From assembly GCA_964531645.1 (NCBI GenBank), contig CAZHEF010000001.1:88054-152053 (forward strand): 64,000 nt of DNA. The letters are read 5' to 3'. The DNA comes from an uncultured Clostridia bacterium. GTDB taxonomy: Bacteria > Acidobacteriota > Aminicenantia > JBFLYD01 > JBBIMS01. Positions 9,588-20,126 of this stretch are shown here, one piece after another; within the stretch, counting starts at the first letter, position 1; each line of letters opens with the position of its first letter. A model generated the notes under the pieces. That model had not been told where the DNA came from and ran no database searches. It saw only the letters and a program-made list of their open reading frames with translations. A program made the position numbers and the translations under genes.

Positions 9588-10366
9588 GTATCCTCATTCA
9601 AGCAATAATTCTTGGGATAATTCAGGGATTAACTGAATTTTTTCCTATTTCCAGCTCTGCCCATCTTGTTATTTTTCAGTATCTTTTTGCCATAAAAAAG
9701 GATGTTGTCCTTCTTGATGTAGTTCTCCATGCAGGGACTCTTATGGCAATCATTTTTGTTTTCTGGAAAGAGATTCTGACAATTTTAAAAGAAATTCCAT
9801 TTGTCTTTAAAAAAGACAGAATGGAAAAAGAAGGCTCTAAATTGTTTTATCTTATTTTTGCAGGGACAATTCCTACTGTTCTAATGGGAGCTCTTTTTAA
9901 AAAGGAAGTTGAATCAGCGTTTCTCTCACCAAAATTAACAGGAGCTTTACTCCTCTTCACTTCATTAATTATTTTCCTTACAAAATTTACAAGGGAAAGA
10001 TCAGAAGTTAAGATAGTCCATGCATTTATTATAGGTATCTTTCAGGGGCTTGCCCTTCTTCCTGGTATTTCAAGATCTGGAGCTACAATTGCATCTGCCC
10101 TTGCTCTTGGGTGGAAGAAGGAGTACGCTTTTAAATTCTCGTTTCTTCTATCAATACCTGCTGTAGCGGCAGCAAACATTCTCGAGCTTTTTGATTTTAA
10201 GATGGTGAATATTAATCAATGGGTTGTAACAGTTGGATTTATCTCCTCATTTATTCTCGGATACCTTTCCCTTAAAATTCTCTCTCCCCTTGTAAAAAAA
10301 GGAAAATTTTATTTATTTTCAGTATATTGCCTGATCGCTGGATTGGGCATATTGATATTATTGTAA
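9584..10366 (+). CDS. uppP: Undecaprenyl-diphosphate phosphatase UppP/BacA. TTG start overlaps the upstream stop (TTGA).
   Basis: 'GLTEFFPISSSAHL' and 'PGISRSGATI' are the two signature motifs of UppP; 7-8 TM helices. Confidence 0.85.
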   Translation: MSILIQAIILGIIQGLTEFFPISSSAHLVIFQYLFAIKKDVVLLDVVLHAGTLMAIIFVFWKEILTILKEIPFVFKKDRMEKEGSKLFYLIFAGTIPTVLMGALFKKEVESAFLSPKLTGALLLFTSLIIFLTKFTRERSEVKIVHAFIIGIFQGLALLPGISRSGATIASALALGWKKEYAFKFSFLLSIPAVAAANILELFDFKMVNINQWVVTVGFISSFILGYLSLKILSPLVKKGKFYLFSVYCLIAGLGILILL

Positions 10367-10379
10367 GAAGGAGGGAAAA

Positions 10380-11456
10380 ATGGCAAACCTCTGGGCTATT
10401 ATCCTCGCCGGTGGTTATGGAACAAGATTCTGGCCCCTTTCAAGGATGAAAAGACCGAAGCAGTTCCTGCCTATAGTTTCAGAAAAGCCAATGGCTCAGG
10501 AAACGATAGAGAGGATTCTTCCCCTTGTGAGTCCTGAAAGGATTGTTGCGGTAGCACCAAAGGATTTGATTCCTATTCTCAAAAAAGAAACTTCTAAATA
10601 TAAAGGAATAAGAATTGTTGAAGAGCCGAGCGGGAAAAATACCGCTCCATCAATAATATTGGCAAGTTCATACATATCAAAATTGGATGAAGACTCTGTC
10701 GTTATTGTCCTTCCCTCAGATCATTACATAGGGAAAAAGGAAGAATTTTTGAAAGCAGTTAGCGCCTCCTTTCATCTCTCCCAGGAAATTGATTCCCTTT
10801 TCACATTTGGTATAAAGCCATCCTCTCCTGAAACAGGATACGGATACATTCAGATAAATAGAGAGAAGCTCCGTTCCTATGAAGGTGAGAGATTTTTTGA
10901 GGTTATTAGATTTGTTGAGAAGCCAAACAAGGAGGTTGCAGAAGAATATGTAAAGAGTGGTGATTATTTCTGGAATAGTGGAATGTTTTTATGGAGAATT
11001 TCTGTTTTTAAGGAGGCTTTAAAAAGATCTTCTCCTGAGTACCACGAAATTTATCAGGAAATTGAAAAACTCTCTTTAAACAAAAAAGGGAAAGTTATGG
11101 AGATATGGGATAAGATAAAACCCCTCTCCATTGACTACGCTTTGATGGAGAGAGCTTCTTCAATAATCATGGTAAGGGCAGATTTTGACTGGTCTGATGT
11201 TGGCTCCTGGAGCTCCCTTTACGAGATATGGGGAGTTGATAATCAGGAAAACTCTTTCAAAGGAGAGGTTTACACCATTGATTCTTCAGGGTGTCTTGTC
11301 TTCTCTGATGAAGAGATCATATCCTTAATAGGAGTAAAGGATATTGTTGTTATAAATACAAAGGATGCAATTCTTGTTTGCCAAAGGGATCATGTTCAGA
11401 AAGTTAAAGAACTTGTAGAGACTTTAAAGAAAAAGGGAAAAATGATATACTTATAA
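10380..11456 (+). CDS. manC: Mannose-1-phosphate guanylyltransferase (GDP-mannose pyrophosphorylase)
   Basis: Nucleotidyltransferase 'LAGGYGTRFWPLSR' motif and length of about 358 aa. Strong AGGAGG RBS. Confidence 0.75.
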   Translation: MANLWAIILAGGYGTRFWPLSRMKRPKQFLPIVSEKPMAQETIERILPLVSPERIVAVAPKDLIPILKKETSKYKGIRIVEEPSGKNTAPSIILASSYISKLDEDSVVIVLPSDHYIGKKEEFLKAVSASFHLSQEIDSLFTFGIKPSSPETGYGYIQINREKLRSYEGERFFEVIRFVEKPNKEVAEEYVKSGDYFWNSGMFLWRISVFKEALKRSSPEYHEIYQEIEKLSLNKKGKVMEIWDKIKPLSIDYALMERASSIIMVRADFDWSDVGSWSSLYEIWGVDNQENSFKGEVYTIDSSGCLVFSDEEIISLIGVKDIVVINTKDAILVCQRDHVQKVKELVETLKKKGKMIYL

Positions 11457-11516
11457 TGATAATTTTTAAAAACAAGAGGATGAAATTTCCTCTATAGTTT
11501 GAATAGGAGTGAAAAA

Positions 11517-14108
11517 ATGAGAATGGATAGATTTACTATAAAAGCGCAAGAGGCTCTTGCAGAGTCGCAAAAACTCTGTCAGAATCTCTCTCATCAGGAA
11601 ATCCTTCCTGAGCATGTTCTCCATGTATTCATGGAGGATAATCAATCAATCCCCTCTCTTATTTTGGAAAAAATAGGTATTGACCCATCCATAATCCTTC
11701 AAAAAACAAAAAAATATCTTGAAAGAGTCCCAAGGGTTCAGGGTGGGGATATATACATTTCAAAAAGATTGGCAAATGTTCTTAATAATGCTGAAGGTAT
11801 AGCGGAATCCCTGAAGGATGATTATATTTCAACTGAACATATACTTATTTCCATTTACAGAGAAGATGGCAATGAGAGCAGAATTCTAAAAGAGAGTGGA
11901 GTGACTGAAGAGAACCTTCTTGCAAGTTTAAGAGCTATAAGAGGGACACAGAGGGTAACTGACCAGAGCCCTGATGAAAAGTATCAAGCCCTACAGAGAT
12001 TTGGAAGAGATTTGACAGAACTCGCAAGGAAGGGAAAGCTTGATCCTGTAATTGGAAGGGATGATGAAATTAGAAGAGTTATGCAGGTTCTCTCAAGAAG
12101 GACGAAGAATAATCCTGTTTTAATCGGTGAACCGGGTGTTGGGAAAACAGCTGTCGTAGAAGGTCTGGCTCAGAGGATTGCAAAGGGAGATGTTCCAGAA
12201 ATTCTCAAGAACAAAAAGATAATTGCCCTTGATATAGGAGCCATTGTTGCAGGGACAAAGTATAGGGGGGAATTTGAGGATAGATTGAAAGCAGTAATAA
12301 AAGAGGTGGTTGAATCCAATGGTGAAATAATTCTTTTCATAGATGAACTCCACACAATTGTTGGAGCAGGTGCTGCTGAAGGTGCTGTGGATGCCTCAAA
12401 CATGTTAAAACCTCCCCTCGCAAGGGGTGAGTTAAGGGCAATTGGAGCAACCACTTTAACAGAATATAAAAAACATATTGAGAAAGACCCTGCCCTTGAA
12501 AGAAGGTTCCAGCCTGTTTATGTGAGTGAGCCATCTGTTGAGGATACAATCTCCATCCTTCGCGGTTTGAAAGAGAAGTATGAAGTTCATCATGGCGTTA
12601 AAATAAAAAATTCCGCTCTTGTCACAGCAGCGGTTCTCTCCAATAGATACATTTCTGATAGATTTCTTCCTGACAAAGCAATTGACTTAATTGATGAAGC
12701 AGCTGCAAGATTGAGGATGGAGATAGATTCAGTTCCTGTTGAGATTGATGAGGTAGAAAGAAAAATTCTCCAGCTTGAGATTGAAAGAGAAGCTTTGAAA
12801 AAGGAGAGTGATCCAATTTCTGCCGAGAGACTTTCAAAACTCGAGGAAGAAATAAAAGAGTTCCATTCAAAAAGGGAAGAACTCAAGGCTCACTGGCTTA
12901 AAGAGAAAGAATTGATTCAGAAAATCAGAGAAATTAAGGCAAAGATTGACCAGGCAAAGGTGGATCAGGAAATTTATGAAAGAAAGGGTGAACTGGAAAA
13001 AGTCGCTGAGATAAGGTATGGAAGACTTATAGAATTGCAGAAAGAACTTGAAAAAGTTTCCAATGAGCTATCCAAGATTCAACAGAAAGGGAAGATGTTG
13101 AAGGAAGAGGTGGATGAAGAAGATATAGCTGAAATTGTTTCTAAATGGACAGGTATACCTGTTACAAAACTTATGGAGGGTGAAAGGGAAAAGCTACTCC
13201 AGATGGAAGAAAAACTTTCTGAAAGAGTTATTGGTCAGGAAGAAGCTGTTAGGTCAGTCTCATCGGCAATAAGAAGGGTAAGGTCAGGGCTTCAGGATCC
13301 GAGAAGACCTCTCGGTTCATTTATCTTTCTTGGTCCTACTGGTGTTGGAAAAACAGAGCTTGCAAAGACTCTTACAGAGTTCCTCTTTGATGATGAAAAG
13401 GCAATGGTGAGGATTGATATGTCCGAGTACATGGAGAAACATTCTGTAGCAAAGTTGATTGGTGCACCTCCAGGATATGTTGGATATGAAGAGGGTGGAC
13501 AACTTACTGAAGCAATAAGAAGAAGACCATACTCCGTTATCCTTCTTGACGAGATTGAAAAGGCTCACCCTGAAGTTTTTGATATCCTTCTTCAGATTCT
13601 TGATGATGGAAGGTTAACAGACTCCAAAGGTAGGACAGTGGATTTTAGAAACACAGTTATTATTATGACATCCAACCTTGGTTCTCAACTAATTCAGTCC
13701 CTTATTTCCAATCCTGAACTAATGAAGCAAAAGGTCATGGAAACAGTTCGCTCCTATTTTAAACCCGAATTTTTAAATAGAATAGATGACATAATAATCT
13801 TCAAGCCTCTTTCAAAGGAAGTATTCTCAAAGATTCTTGATTTGAGACTGACAGAGGTTCAGAAAATTTTGCTCTCCAAGGATATAAAGCTTAAGTTCAC
13901 CCCTGAGTTAAAGGAAAAAATTGCAGAGATGGGATACGATCCTCAGTATGGAGCAAGACCTCTCAAAAGGGTTATTCAGAAAACCATTCAGGATCCCCTT
14001 GCAATGGAGATTATATCAGGAAGAATCCGCGAAGGGAATTCAGTAAGGGTTGGATGGAATCCTTTCAGAGAGGAAGCAATGTTTGAGGTAATCAATGGAA
14101 AAGATTGA
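11517..14108 (+). CDS. clpB: ATP-dependent chaperone ClpB. Start reassigned to the ATG at 11517, giving 'MRMDRFTIK'.
   Basis: Two AAA+ modules ('GEPGVGKT', 'GPTGVGKT') and a long middle coiled-coil; about 860 aa; canonical ClpB N-terminus. Confidence 0.9.
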   Translation: MRMDRFTIKAQEALAESQKLCQNLSHQEILPEHVLHVFMEDNQSIPSLILEKIGIDPSIILQKTKKYLERVPRVQGGDIYISKRLANVLNNAEGIAESLKDDYISTEHILISIYREDGNESRILKESGVTEENLLASLRAIRGTQRVTDQSPDEKYQALQRFGRDLTELARKGKLDPVIGRDDEIRRVMQVLSRRTKNNPVLIGEPGVGKTAVVEGLAQRIAKGDVPEILKNKKIIALDIGAIVAGTKYRGEFEDRLKAVIKEVVESNGEIILFIDELHTIVGAGAAEGAVDASNMLKPPLARGELRAIGATTLTEYKKHIEKDPALERRFQPVYVSEPSVEDTISILRGLKEKYEVHHGVKIKNSALVTAAVLSNRYISDRFLPDKAIDLIDEAAARLRMEIDSVPVEIDEVERKILQLEIEREALKKESDPISAERLSKLEEEIKEFHSKREELKAHWLKEKELIQKIREIKAKIDQAKVDQEIYERKGELEKVAEIRYGRLIELQKELEKVSNELSKIQQKGKMLKEEVDEEDIAEIVSKWTGIPVTKLMEGEREKLLQMEEKLSERVIGQEEAVRSVSSAIRRVRSGLQDPRRPLGSFIFLGPTGVGKTELAKTLTEFLFDDEKAMVRIDMSEYMEKHSVAKLIGAPPGYVGYEEGGQLTEAIRRRPYSVILLDEIEKAHPEVFDILLQILDDGRLTDSKGRTVDFRNTVIIMTSNLGSQLIQSLISNPELMKQKVMETVRSYFKPEFLNRIDDIIIFKPLSKEVFSKILDLRLTEVQKILLSKDIKLKFTPELKEKIAEMGYDPQYGARPLKRVIQKTIQDPLAMEIISGRIREGNSVRVGWNPFREEAMFEVINGKD

Positions 14109-15105
14109 GGAAATTCTTATCAATGAGTTGAAAAATTTGATTTCAGAATTTAGGGGCGAACCCACATCCCTCTACCTTATTCCTGAACTTGTCCTCTCAG
14201 TAATTCATAAAGTTAACAATAAAATGACCCCTCTTATTGGTTACACCCAGCTCCTTATGAAGGATTCAGAGGGAGCAGCTCAGGAGAAACTAAAAAAGAT
14301 TTACAACAGCGGCTCAATTGCGTCCTCAATTCTAAGTTCCCTTTTTGAATATCTAAAAACATTCCCATATCCAAAGAGAATGTGCGAACTTGGAGAATTT
14401 GTAAGAGAGATTGTGGAAAGTGATGAAAGGTTGAAAAACATAGATTTCAAACTCCTGGTAAATAAAACAATTACTCTTCCTATAAACAAAGTTCAGATGA
14501 AGGAAGTAATTAAGAAAATAATTGAAAATTCCCTGGAAGCTCTCGACAAGCCTGAAAAAAGGCTGGAAATAAATATTTATAAGGAAGAAAACAACGCAGT
14601 TATCGAATTCTGGGATAATGGAGAAGGAATAAATAGCGAGAATTTAAATAATGTATTTGAACCATTTTTTACTACAAAGGAAGGAAGGTCTGGTCTTGGT
14701 TTATCCTTTGTCCACGGAATTGTGAAGAATCATGGTGGAGATGCACGAGCAGAAAGTGAAAGAGGGAAATGGACAAAAATTACAATTTCCTTACCCATCA
14801 AACCATTTGATTGGAAGGAAGAGAAGATTGTTCTTCTTGCTCCTGAAAATAATTTATATGAAATTCTCTTTAAAATCTTAGAATCTGAATCAATAAAAGT
14901 AGATTGGAAAAAAGAAGAAAAGAATCTTGAAAATTACACTCATTTAATCCTTGATGAGGATTACAAAAATGCGGAAGAAATTCTTGAGCTGGCAGAAAAG
15001 CTGAATAAAAAGATAGTTTTTATTGGTAGCAAAGATAGAAAAGGAGTTATTTTTATAAGAAAACCAGCCACTCTGGTAAATATAATATCAAAATTGTATT
15101 TTTAG
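14095..15105 (+). CDS. Soluble orphan sensor histidine kinase (HisKA + HATPase_c) with an extra C-terminal domain of about 100 aa. It overlaps the clpB stop by 14 nt.
   Basis: H-box '[17 protein letters not shown]', N-box 'IENSLEAL', G1 'DNGEGI', G2 'GLGLS'. No TM segments. Confidence 0.6.
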   Translation: MEKIEEILINELKNLISEFRGEPTSLYLIPELVLSVIHKVNNKMTPLIGYTQLLMKDSEGAAQEKLKKIYNSGSIASSILSSLFEYLKTFPYPKRMCELGEFVREIVESDERLKNIDFKLLVNKTITLPINKVQMKEVIKKIIENSLEALDKPEKRLEINIYKEENNAVIEFWDNGEGINSENLNNVFEPFFTTKEGRSGLGLSFVHGIVKNHGGDARAESERGKWTKITISLPIKPFDWKEEKIVLLAPENNLYEILFKILESESIKVDWKKEEKNLENYTHLILDEDYKNAEEILELAEKLNKKIVFIGSKDRKGVIFIRKPATLVNIISKLYF

Positions 15106-15113
15106 GAGGACTT

Positions 15114-17834
15114 ATGAAGTACATTTACTTTTTTGCCAATGGAAAAGCTGAGGGAAACAAGGATATGAAAGATATCCTTGGAGGGAAGGGAGCTGGCCTT
15201 GCCGAAATGACAAATGCGGGTCTTCCTGTTCCACCTGGTTTTACCATATCCACCCGTGCATGTATAGAGTTTTATGAAAATGGGGAGAGAATAAGTGAAG
15301 AGCTGATAAGGCAGGTTAAGAATGCTATTAAAAAGCTTGAGGAGATAACCTCCAAAGAATTTGGCAGCAAAGATAATCCTTTACTTGTTTCTGTCCGTTC
15401 AGGGGCAAAGTTTTCAATGCCAGGGATGATGGATACAATACTCAATCTTGGACTGAATGATGAAACTGTTGAAGGGCTTGCCAAAAAAACTCAGAATAGA
15501 AAATTTGCCCTGGATTGTTATAGAAGATTCATACACATGTTTTCAGATGTAGTCCTTGGAATTCCTAAAAGATATTTTGAAGATATCCTTGATGAAATTA
15601 AAAAAGGGGAAGGACTTAAATATGATTATGAATTGGATCAAAAAAATCTTGAGGCGTTAATTTCAAGGTATAAGTCACTTGTTAAAGAAATGGCTGGTTT
15701 TGATTTCCCACAGGATGTTTATTTGCAATTAAAAATGGCAATTGAAGCTGTTTTTAAATCATGGAACAATGCGAGGGCAATAACATATAGAAAACTTTAC
15801 AAGATCCCCCATAATTTAGGAACAGCAGTAAATGTTCAGACAATGGTTTTTGGAAATTTTGGTGAGAATTCTGGGACAGGAGTTGGCTTTACAAGAAATC
15901 CTGCAACAGGTGAGAAGGAATTTTATGGAGAATTTCTCGAGAATGCCCAGGGGGAAGATGTTGTTGCTGGGATAAGAACCCCAAAGCCGATATCAAAACT
16001 TAAGGAGATAATGCAGGAAGTATTTGAGCAACTGATAGAAATTGCTCAAAAACTTGAGACCCATTACAAGGACATGCAAGATTTTGAGTTCACAATAGAA
16101 GATGGAAAAGTTTATATGTTACAAACAAGGTCTGGTAAAAGAACGGGGCTTGCCAGTGTTAAGATTGCGGTTGACATGGTTGAGGAGGGACTGATAACAG
16201 AGGAGGAAGCACTGATTATGGTTGAGCCATCATCTTTGAATCAACTCCTCCATCCAATCTTTGATCCAAAGGAGAAATCCCAGTATAATCCTTCTGCTAA
16301 AGGTCTTCCCGCTTCTCCTGGAGCAGCATCGGGAAAGATTGCTTTTGATGCGGACAAGGCAGTGGAAATGGCAAAAAATGGACCTGTTATCCTTGTCAGA
16401 GGGGAAACTTCTCCTGACGACATTCACGGAATGAGCGCCTCCCATGGTTTCTTAACAGCAAGGGGGGGACTTACTTCCCATGCAGCAGTAGTTGGAAGGC
16501 AGATGGGTAAACCAGCAGTGGTTGGATGTTCAGCACTTATAATAAATGAAAAACAGGGATCCCTTGAAGTCGATGGCAAAGTATTGAAGGAAAATGATTG
16601 GATTTCCATAGATGGAAATACCGGAGAAGTTTTCCTTGCTAAAATTTCTACCCGTCCCTCTGAAATAATACAGGTCATAAACGGAGAAATGAAAAAAGAG
16701 GAATCAGAAATCTACAAATATTTTGAGAAAATCCTCAGCTGGGCTGATAAATTCAGAAGACTCGGTGTTAGGGCGAATGCCGACATTCCAAAGGATGCAA
16801 GGATAGCAAGGGCTTTTGGTGCAGAAGGAATAGGACTTTGCAGAACTGAGCACATGTTTTTTGCTAAGGATAGACTCCCAATAATGCAAAAAATGATAAT
16901 GGCTAAAGATGAAAAGGAAAGGAGAGAAGTCCTTGAAAAACTTCTCCCCCTTCAGAGAGAAGATTTCTACGGTCTATTTAAAGAAATGGAAGGATTCCCC
17001 GTCACCATAAGAACCCTGGATCCTCCTCTTCACGAATTCTTACCCAAAAGAGAAGAGCTCATGGTAAAAATAGCTGTTCTCAAAGCAAAAGATAGGAAAA
17101 AGCATGCAAAGAAAATAAAGGAACTGGAGAAAATTCTTGCAAGGGTTGAGGAACTTCACGAATTCAATCCAATGCTTGGTCATAGAGGATGCAGGTTGGG
17201 AATAACATACCCTGAAATAACAGAAATGCAGGCAAGGGCTATTTTTGAAGCAGCTGCAAAAATAAAGAAAGAAGGGGAAAATGTTATCCCCGAGATAATG
17301 ATACCTCTTACAACATCAAAATCAGAACTCCAGAATCAGAAGGAGATAATAGATAGAGTGGCTGAAGAGGTTATGAAAAAAGAAAATGTTAAAATACAGT
17401 ATTCAGTGGGAACGATGATAGAAGTTCCAAGGGCTGCAATAACAGCTGATGAGATAGCAGAGATTGCTGAATTCTTCTCTTTCGGGACAAATGACCTCAC
17501 ACAGACCGTTTACGGAATTTCAAGGGATGACTCTGGTAGATTTACAAGGATCTATCTTGAAAGGGGAATATGGGAATTTGATCCATTCCAATCCCTTGAC
17601 CCGAATGGTGTTGGGAAGATAATGGAACGGGCAGTAAAGGAAGGAAGAAAGAGAAGACCCGATTTAAAAGTTGGTATTTGTGGAGAGCACGGAGGAGATC
17701 CTGATTCAATAAAAATTTGCCACGAGATTGGCTTGAACTATGTAAGTGCCTCTCCCTTCAGAATCCCTGTTGCGAGACTATCAGCAGCAAGGTCTGCTAT
17801 AATGGAACAAAAGAAAGTAGAAGAAGAGAAATAA
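15114..17834 (+). CDS. ppdK: Pyruvate, phosphate dikinase
   Basis: N-terminus 'YFFANGKAEGNKDMKDILGGKGAGLAEM', phosphohistidine domain 'GGLTSHAAVVGR', C-terminal PEP-utilising domain 'GTNDLTQ'; 906 aa. Confidence 0.9.
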   Translation: MKYIYFFANGKAEGNKDMKDILGGKGAGLAEMTNAGLPVPPGFTISTRACIEFYENGERISEELIRQVKNAIKKLEEITSKEFGSKDNPLLVSVRSGAKFSMPGMMDTILNLGLNDETVEGLAKKTQNRKFALDCYRRFIHMFSDVVLGIPKRYFEDILDEIKKGEGLKYDYELDQKNLEALISRYKSLVKEMAGFDFPQDVYLQLKMAIEAVFKSWNNARAITYRKLYKIPHNLGTAVNVQTMVFGNFGENSGTGVGFTRNPATGEKEFYGEFLENAQGEDVVAGIRTPKPISKLKEIMQEVFEQLIEIAQKLETHYKDMQDFEFTIEDGKVYMLQTRSGKRTGLASVKIAVDMVEEGLITEEEALIMVEPSSLNQLLHPIFDPKEKSQYNPSAKGLPASPGAASGKIAFDADKAVEMAKNGPVILVRGETSPDDIHGMSASHGFLTARGGLTSHAAVVGRQMGKPAVVGCSALIINEKQGSLEVDGKVLKENDWISIDGNTGEVFLAKISTRPSEIIQVINGEMKKEESEIYKYFEKILSWADKFRRLGVRANADIPKDARIARAFGAEGIGLCRTEHMFFAKDRLPIMQKMIMAKDEKERREVLEKLLPLQREDFYGLFKEMEGFPVTIRTLDPPLHEFLPKREELMVKIAVLKAKDRKKHAKKIKELEKILARVEELHEFNPMLGHRGCRLGITYPEITEMQARAIFEAAAKIKKEGENVIPEIMIPLTTSKSELQNQKEIIDRVAEEVMKKENVKIQYSVGTMIEVPRAAITADEIAEIAEFFSFGTNDLTQTVYGISRDDSGRFTRIYLERGIWEFDPFQSLDPNGVGKIMERAVKEGRKRRPDLKVGICGEHGGDPDSIKICHEIGLNYVSASPFRIPVARLSAARSAIMEQKKVEEEK

Positions 17835-17867
17835 TCACAGGCTAACCCTTCTACTAAGGAGTCATAA

Positions 17868-18761
17868 ATGAAAGAAAAAGAAAGGACTAATAATTTATTT
17901 TATTTAAAAAAAGGGATCCTCGTAACAGGAGCCTCCTCAGGGATAGGTTTTTCAATCTCCACTTATCTTGCAGAGAATGGATTTACAGTTTTTGCTACTG
18001 TGAGAAAAGAGTCTGATGAAGAAAGATTGAAAAGCCTTAATTTACCAGAGCTAATCCCTGTTTACCCCCTTGACCTGACAGAATTCTCTCATATTCAGCT
18101 TGCCTTAAAATTCGTCTCAGAAGAGATGAGGAAAAGAGGTATAAAGGGACTTTATGGGATTATAAACAATGCGGGAGGAGGGTTTATAGCTCCTGTAGAG
18201 CTTATGGATTTAGAAAAGTTTCGCCTTGAAATTGAAACAAGAATCTTAGGGCATTTGAGGCTTATCCAGACTTTTCTTCCAATGATAAGGGAGGTGAAAG
18301 GAAGAATAATCTGGATAACGACTCCCGCTCTTGTTCCCATACCATTTGTTTCAAGTATACATGCATGCGATTTTGCTGTTAATTGCCTTGCAAGAACTCT
18401 CAGGATTGAGCTGAGTCCCTGGAAGATTCCTGTAATAATGATCCGTTGCGGAGGAATAAAAACTCCTGCAGTGGAAAAATCGTACATTAAACTTGAAGAG
18501 TTTTTAAAGAATATTCCAGAGAACAACATATCTAAAACTTATTCCGAAATGCTAAAAAGGGAAATAGAAGATTTGAAAGAATTTGATAAAAGAAGAACAG
18601 AGCCTGTTGAAGTTGCAAAGACTGTCTTCAAAGCCCTCTCCGTCAAAAATCCTAAACGGCGTTACCAGGTTGGTTACATGTCAGATTTATCAGCTTTTCT
18701 TGAACTTTTCCCTCAATCATTTGTAGATTTTATAATGCTCAAAAGAACAAAGGCTTATTAA
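17868..18761 (+). CDS. SDR family short-chain dehydrogenase/reductase
   Basis: 'VTGASSGIGFS' Rossmann motif, 'NNAG' block. Confidence 0.7.
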   Translation: MKEKERTNNLFYLKKGILVTGASSGIGFSISTYLAENGFTVFATVRKESDEERLKSLNLPELIPVYPLDLTEFSHIQLALKFVSEEMRKRGIKGLYGIINNAGGGFIAPVELMDLEKFRLEIETRILGHLRLIQTFLPMIREVKGRIIWITTPALVPIPFVSSIHACDFAVNCLARTLRIELSPWKIPVIMIRCGGIKTPAVEKSYIKLEEFLKNIPENNISKTYSEMLKREIEDLKEFDKRRTEPVEVAKTVFKALSVKNPKRRYQVGYMSDLSAFLELFPQSFVDFIMLKRTKAY

Positions 18762-18789
18762 TCAAAGAACAAAACTTAAAATAAAGTTC

Positions 18790-19452
18790 TCAATACCAGA
18801 TTGAAACACCAACTAAAAGATGAAGTCCGCTGAGGTCAAATTTTTCAAATCCCTGAAAATCAGAAGAGAGGCTGTCCTTAAGGAAAACATACTTTGCCTC
18901 TCCAAAGAAGCCCACTGACCTGCTCATTCTCCACGAAATCCCACCACGAATGTTTGCACCCATTCCAGATGTGCTTGTCTGATAACTTCCTGAAAATACC
19001 TCCCATGTATCAAAGTCAACAAAGTCTCCTTCCTGAACATATTTCCAGAAATATATTCCAATACCTCCACCAAAATAAGGTGCAATTGGTCTGTGAGCTC
19101 CACCAGGATAAATCTTAAAGGAGCCTTCTATCGGAACAATGCTGAGGGACAGAGACTCATATATAGGAGAACCATCTTCGTATTCCCAATCTCTATAAGA
19201 TGTCGTAATTTCCCTTGAGTAGGAACCAACTTCAAGAGAAAAAGACACATTCCTTTTTACAAAAACTTCCCATTCTAAAGAGACAAAACTTCCCTCAAAA
19301 TCCTTCTTCTCGAGATAAAGATTCTCCCTGTTTATCTTCCAGAGGTCGCTATCCTGAGAAGGGCTGAACTGCCCGAGTTTTAACTTTAGTGAGTCCGAAA
19401 AAATAGGAGTTGAAATTAAAATAATTGATGCTAAAATTAGAAGTTTTTTCAT
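18790..19452 (-). CDS. Small outer-membrane beta-barrel protein with signal peptide. Preferred start is the ATG at 19452; the RBS lies within the upstream codons.
   Basis: Signal peptide 'MKKLLILASIILISTPIFS', alternating amphipathic strands, and an aromatic C-terminus '...SIWY'. Confidence 0.5.
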   Translation of the reverse strand: MKKLLILASIILISTPIFSDSLKLKLGQFSPSQDSDLWKINRENLYLEKKDFEGSFVSLEWEVFVKRNVSFSLEVGSYSREITTSYRDWEYEDGSPIYESLSLSIVPIEGSFKIYPGGAHRPIAPYFGGGIGIYFWKYVQEGDFVDFDTWEVFSGSYQTSTSGMGANIRGGISWRMSRSVGFFGEAKYVFLKDSLSSDFQGFEKFDLSGLHLLVGVSIWY

Positions 19453-19605
19453 GTCGCCTCCTTTCATATAAAATTTCTATCAAATTTGATGCCAGATTGA
19501 AATCCTTATAAATAAATGCTTTACATCCAGCAAGGTGTCATTTTTTAAGGTCAACTGTCCTTTTATAGGGGGAAAAAGGGTAGAGGAATGAGAAAAGTTT
19601 TGAGA

Positions 19606-19836
19606 TTACTTCCTTAGAAGACGGAATAAAAGTGTGAAGAGAACAGAGAAAAAAATGCTAATAATAAAAGAAGTGGTCAGAGGGAAATAAAATGTAAAAT
19701 TCTCCTTTTTTATTAAAATATCTCCGGGAAGTTTCCCAATTCTCAAAGAGCCCAAGAATCCAGCAAGAATCCCGAGAATGATAAAAAATAAACCTATTGT
19801 TAAAAAGATGAAAGAAAAAGACCTGAACATATTCAA
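19606..19836 (-). CDS. DUF2905 family small membrane protein
   Basis: 'GKLPGDILIKKENFTFYFPLTT' matches the conserved core of DUF2905; two TM helices; 76 aa. Confidence 0.6.
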   Translation of the reverse strand: MNMFRSFSFIFLTIGLFFIILGILAGFLGSLRIGKLPGDILIKKENFTFYFPLTTSFIISIFFSVLFTLLFRLLRK

Positions 19837-20126
19837 AATAATATCACTTTTGCTATTTGGAAGTAAATACGCATACCTCTATTATTTTTTGTTAGTTCCG
19901 CAAGGGTTTTTCTCATCTAAATAATTTTAAATTTTTCATTTTGCTCGCACTCACAGGAGTTTTCATCTGAGAAGATGCCTTTGGAAGAATTGATTTTCCT
20001 TTTTGCCTTAGTTATAGGTTAAATGCTGGGTTCGGGCATTTCTATAGAAAATTTTGATAAGTTACATAAACTCGACAAACTCTTTAAACCAAAAAAACTC
20101 AATTAACTCTCAATCCTTTTCTGTTT

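Noticed and set aside
12120-13568. Several 70-98-aa minus-strand ORFs inside clpB, low complexity and Ser/Leu-rich
   Set aside because: They lie entirely antisense to a strongly supported, motif-rich ClpB frame. Their composition is typical of antisense artefacts in an AT-rich coding strand.
19944-20046. Short inverted repeat aaatgc-N9-gcattt downstream of the fadD-like gene as a terminator
   Set aside because: Stem of only 6 bp, A/T-rich, and no following T-run on the relevant strand. Too weak to call.
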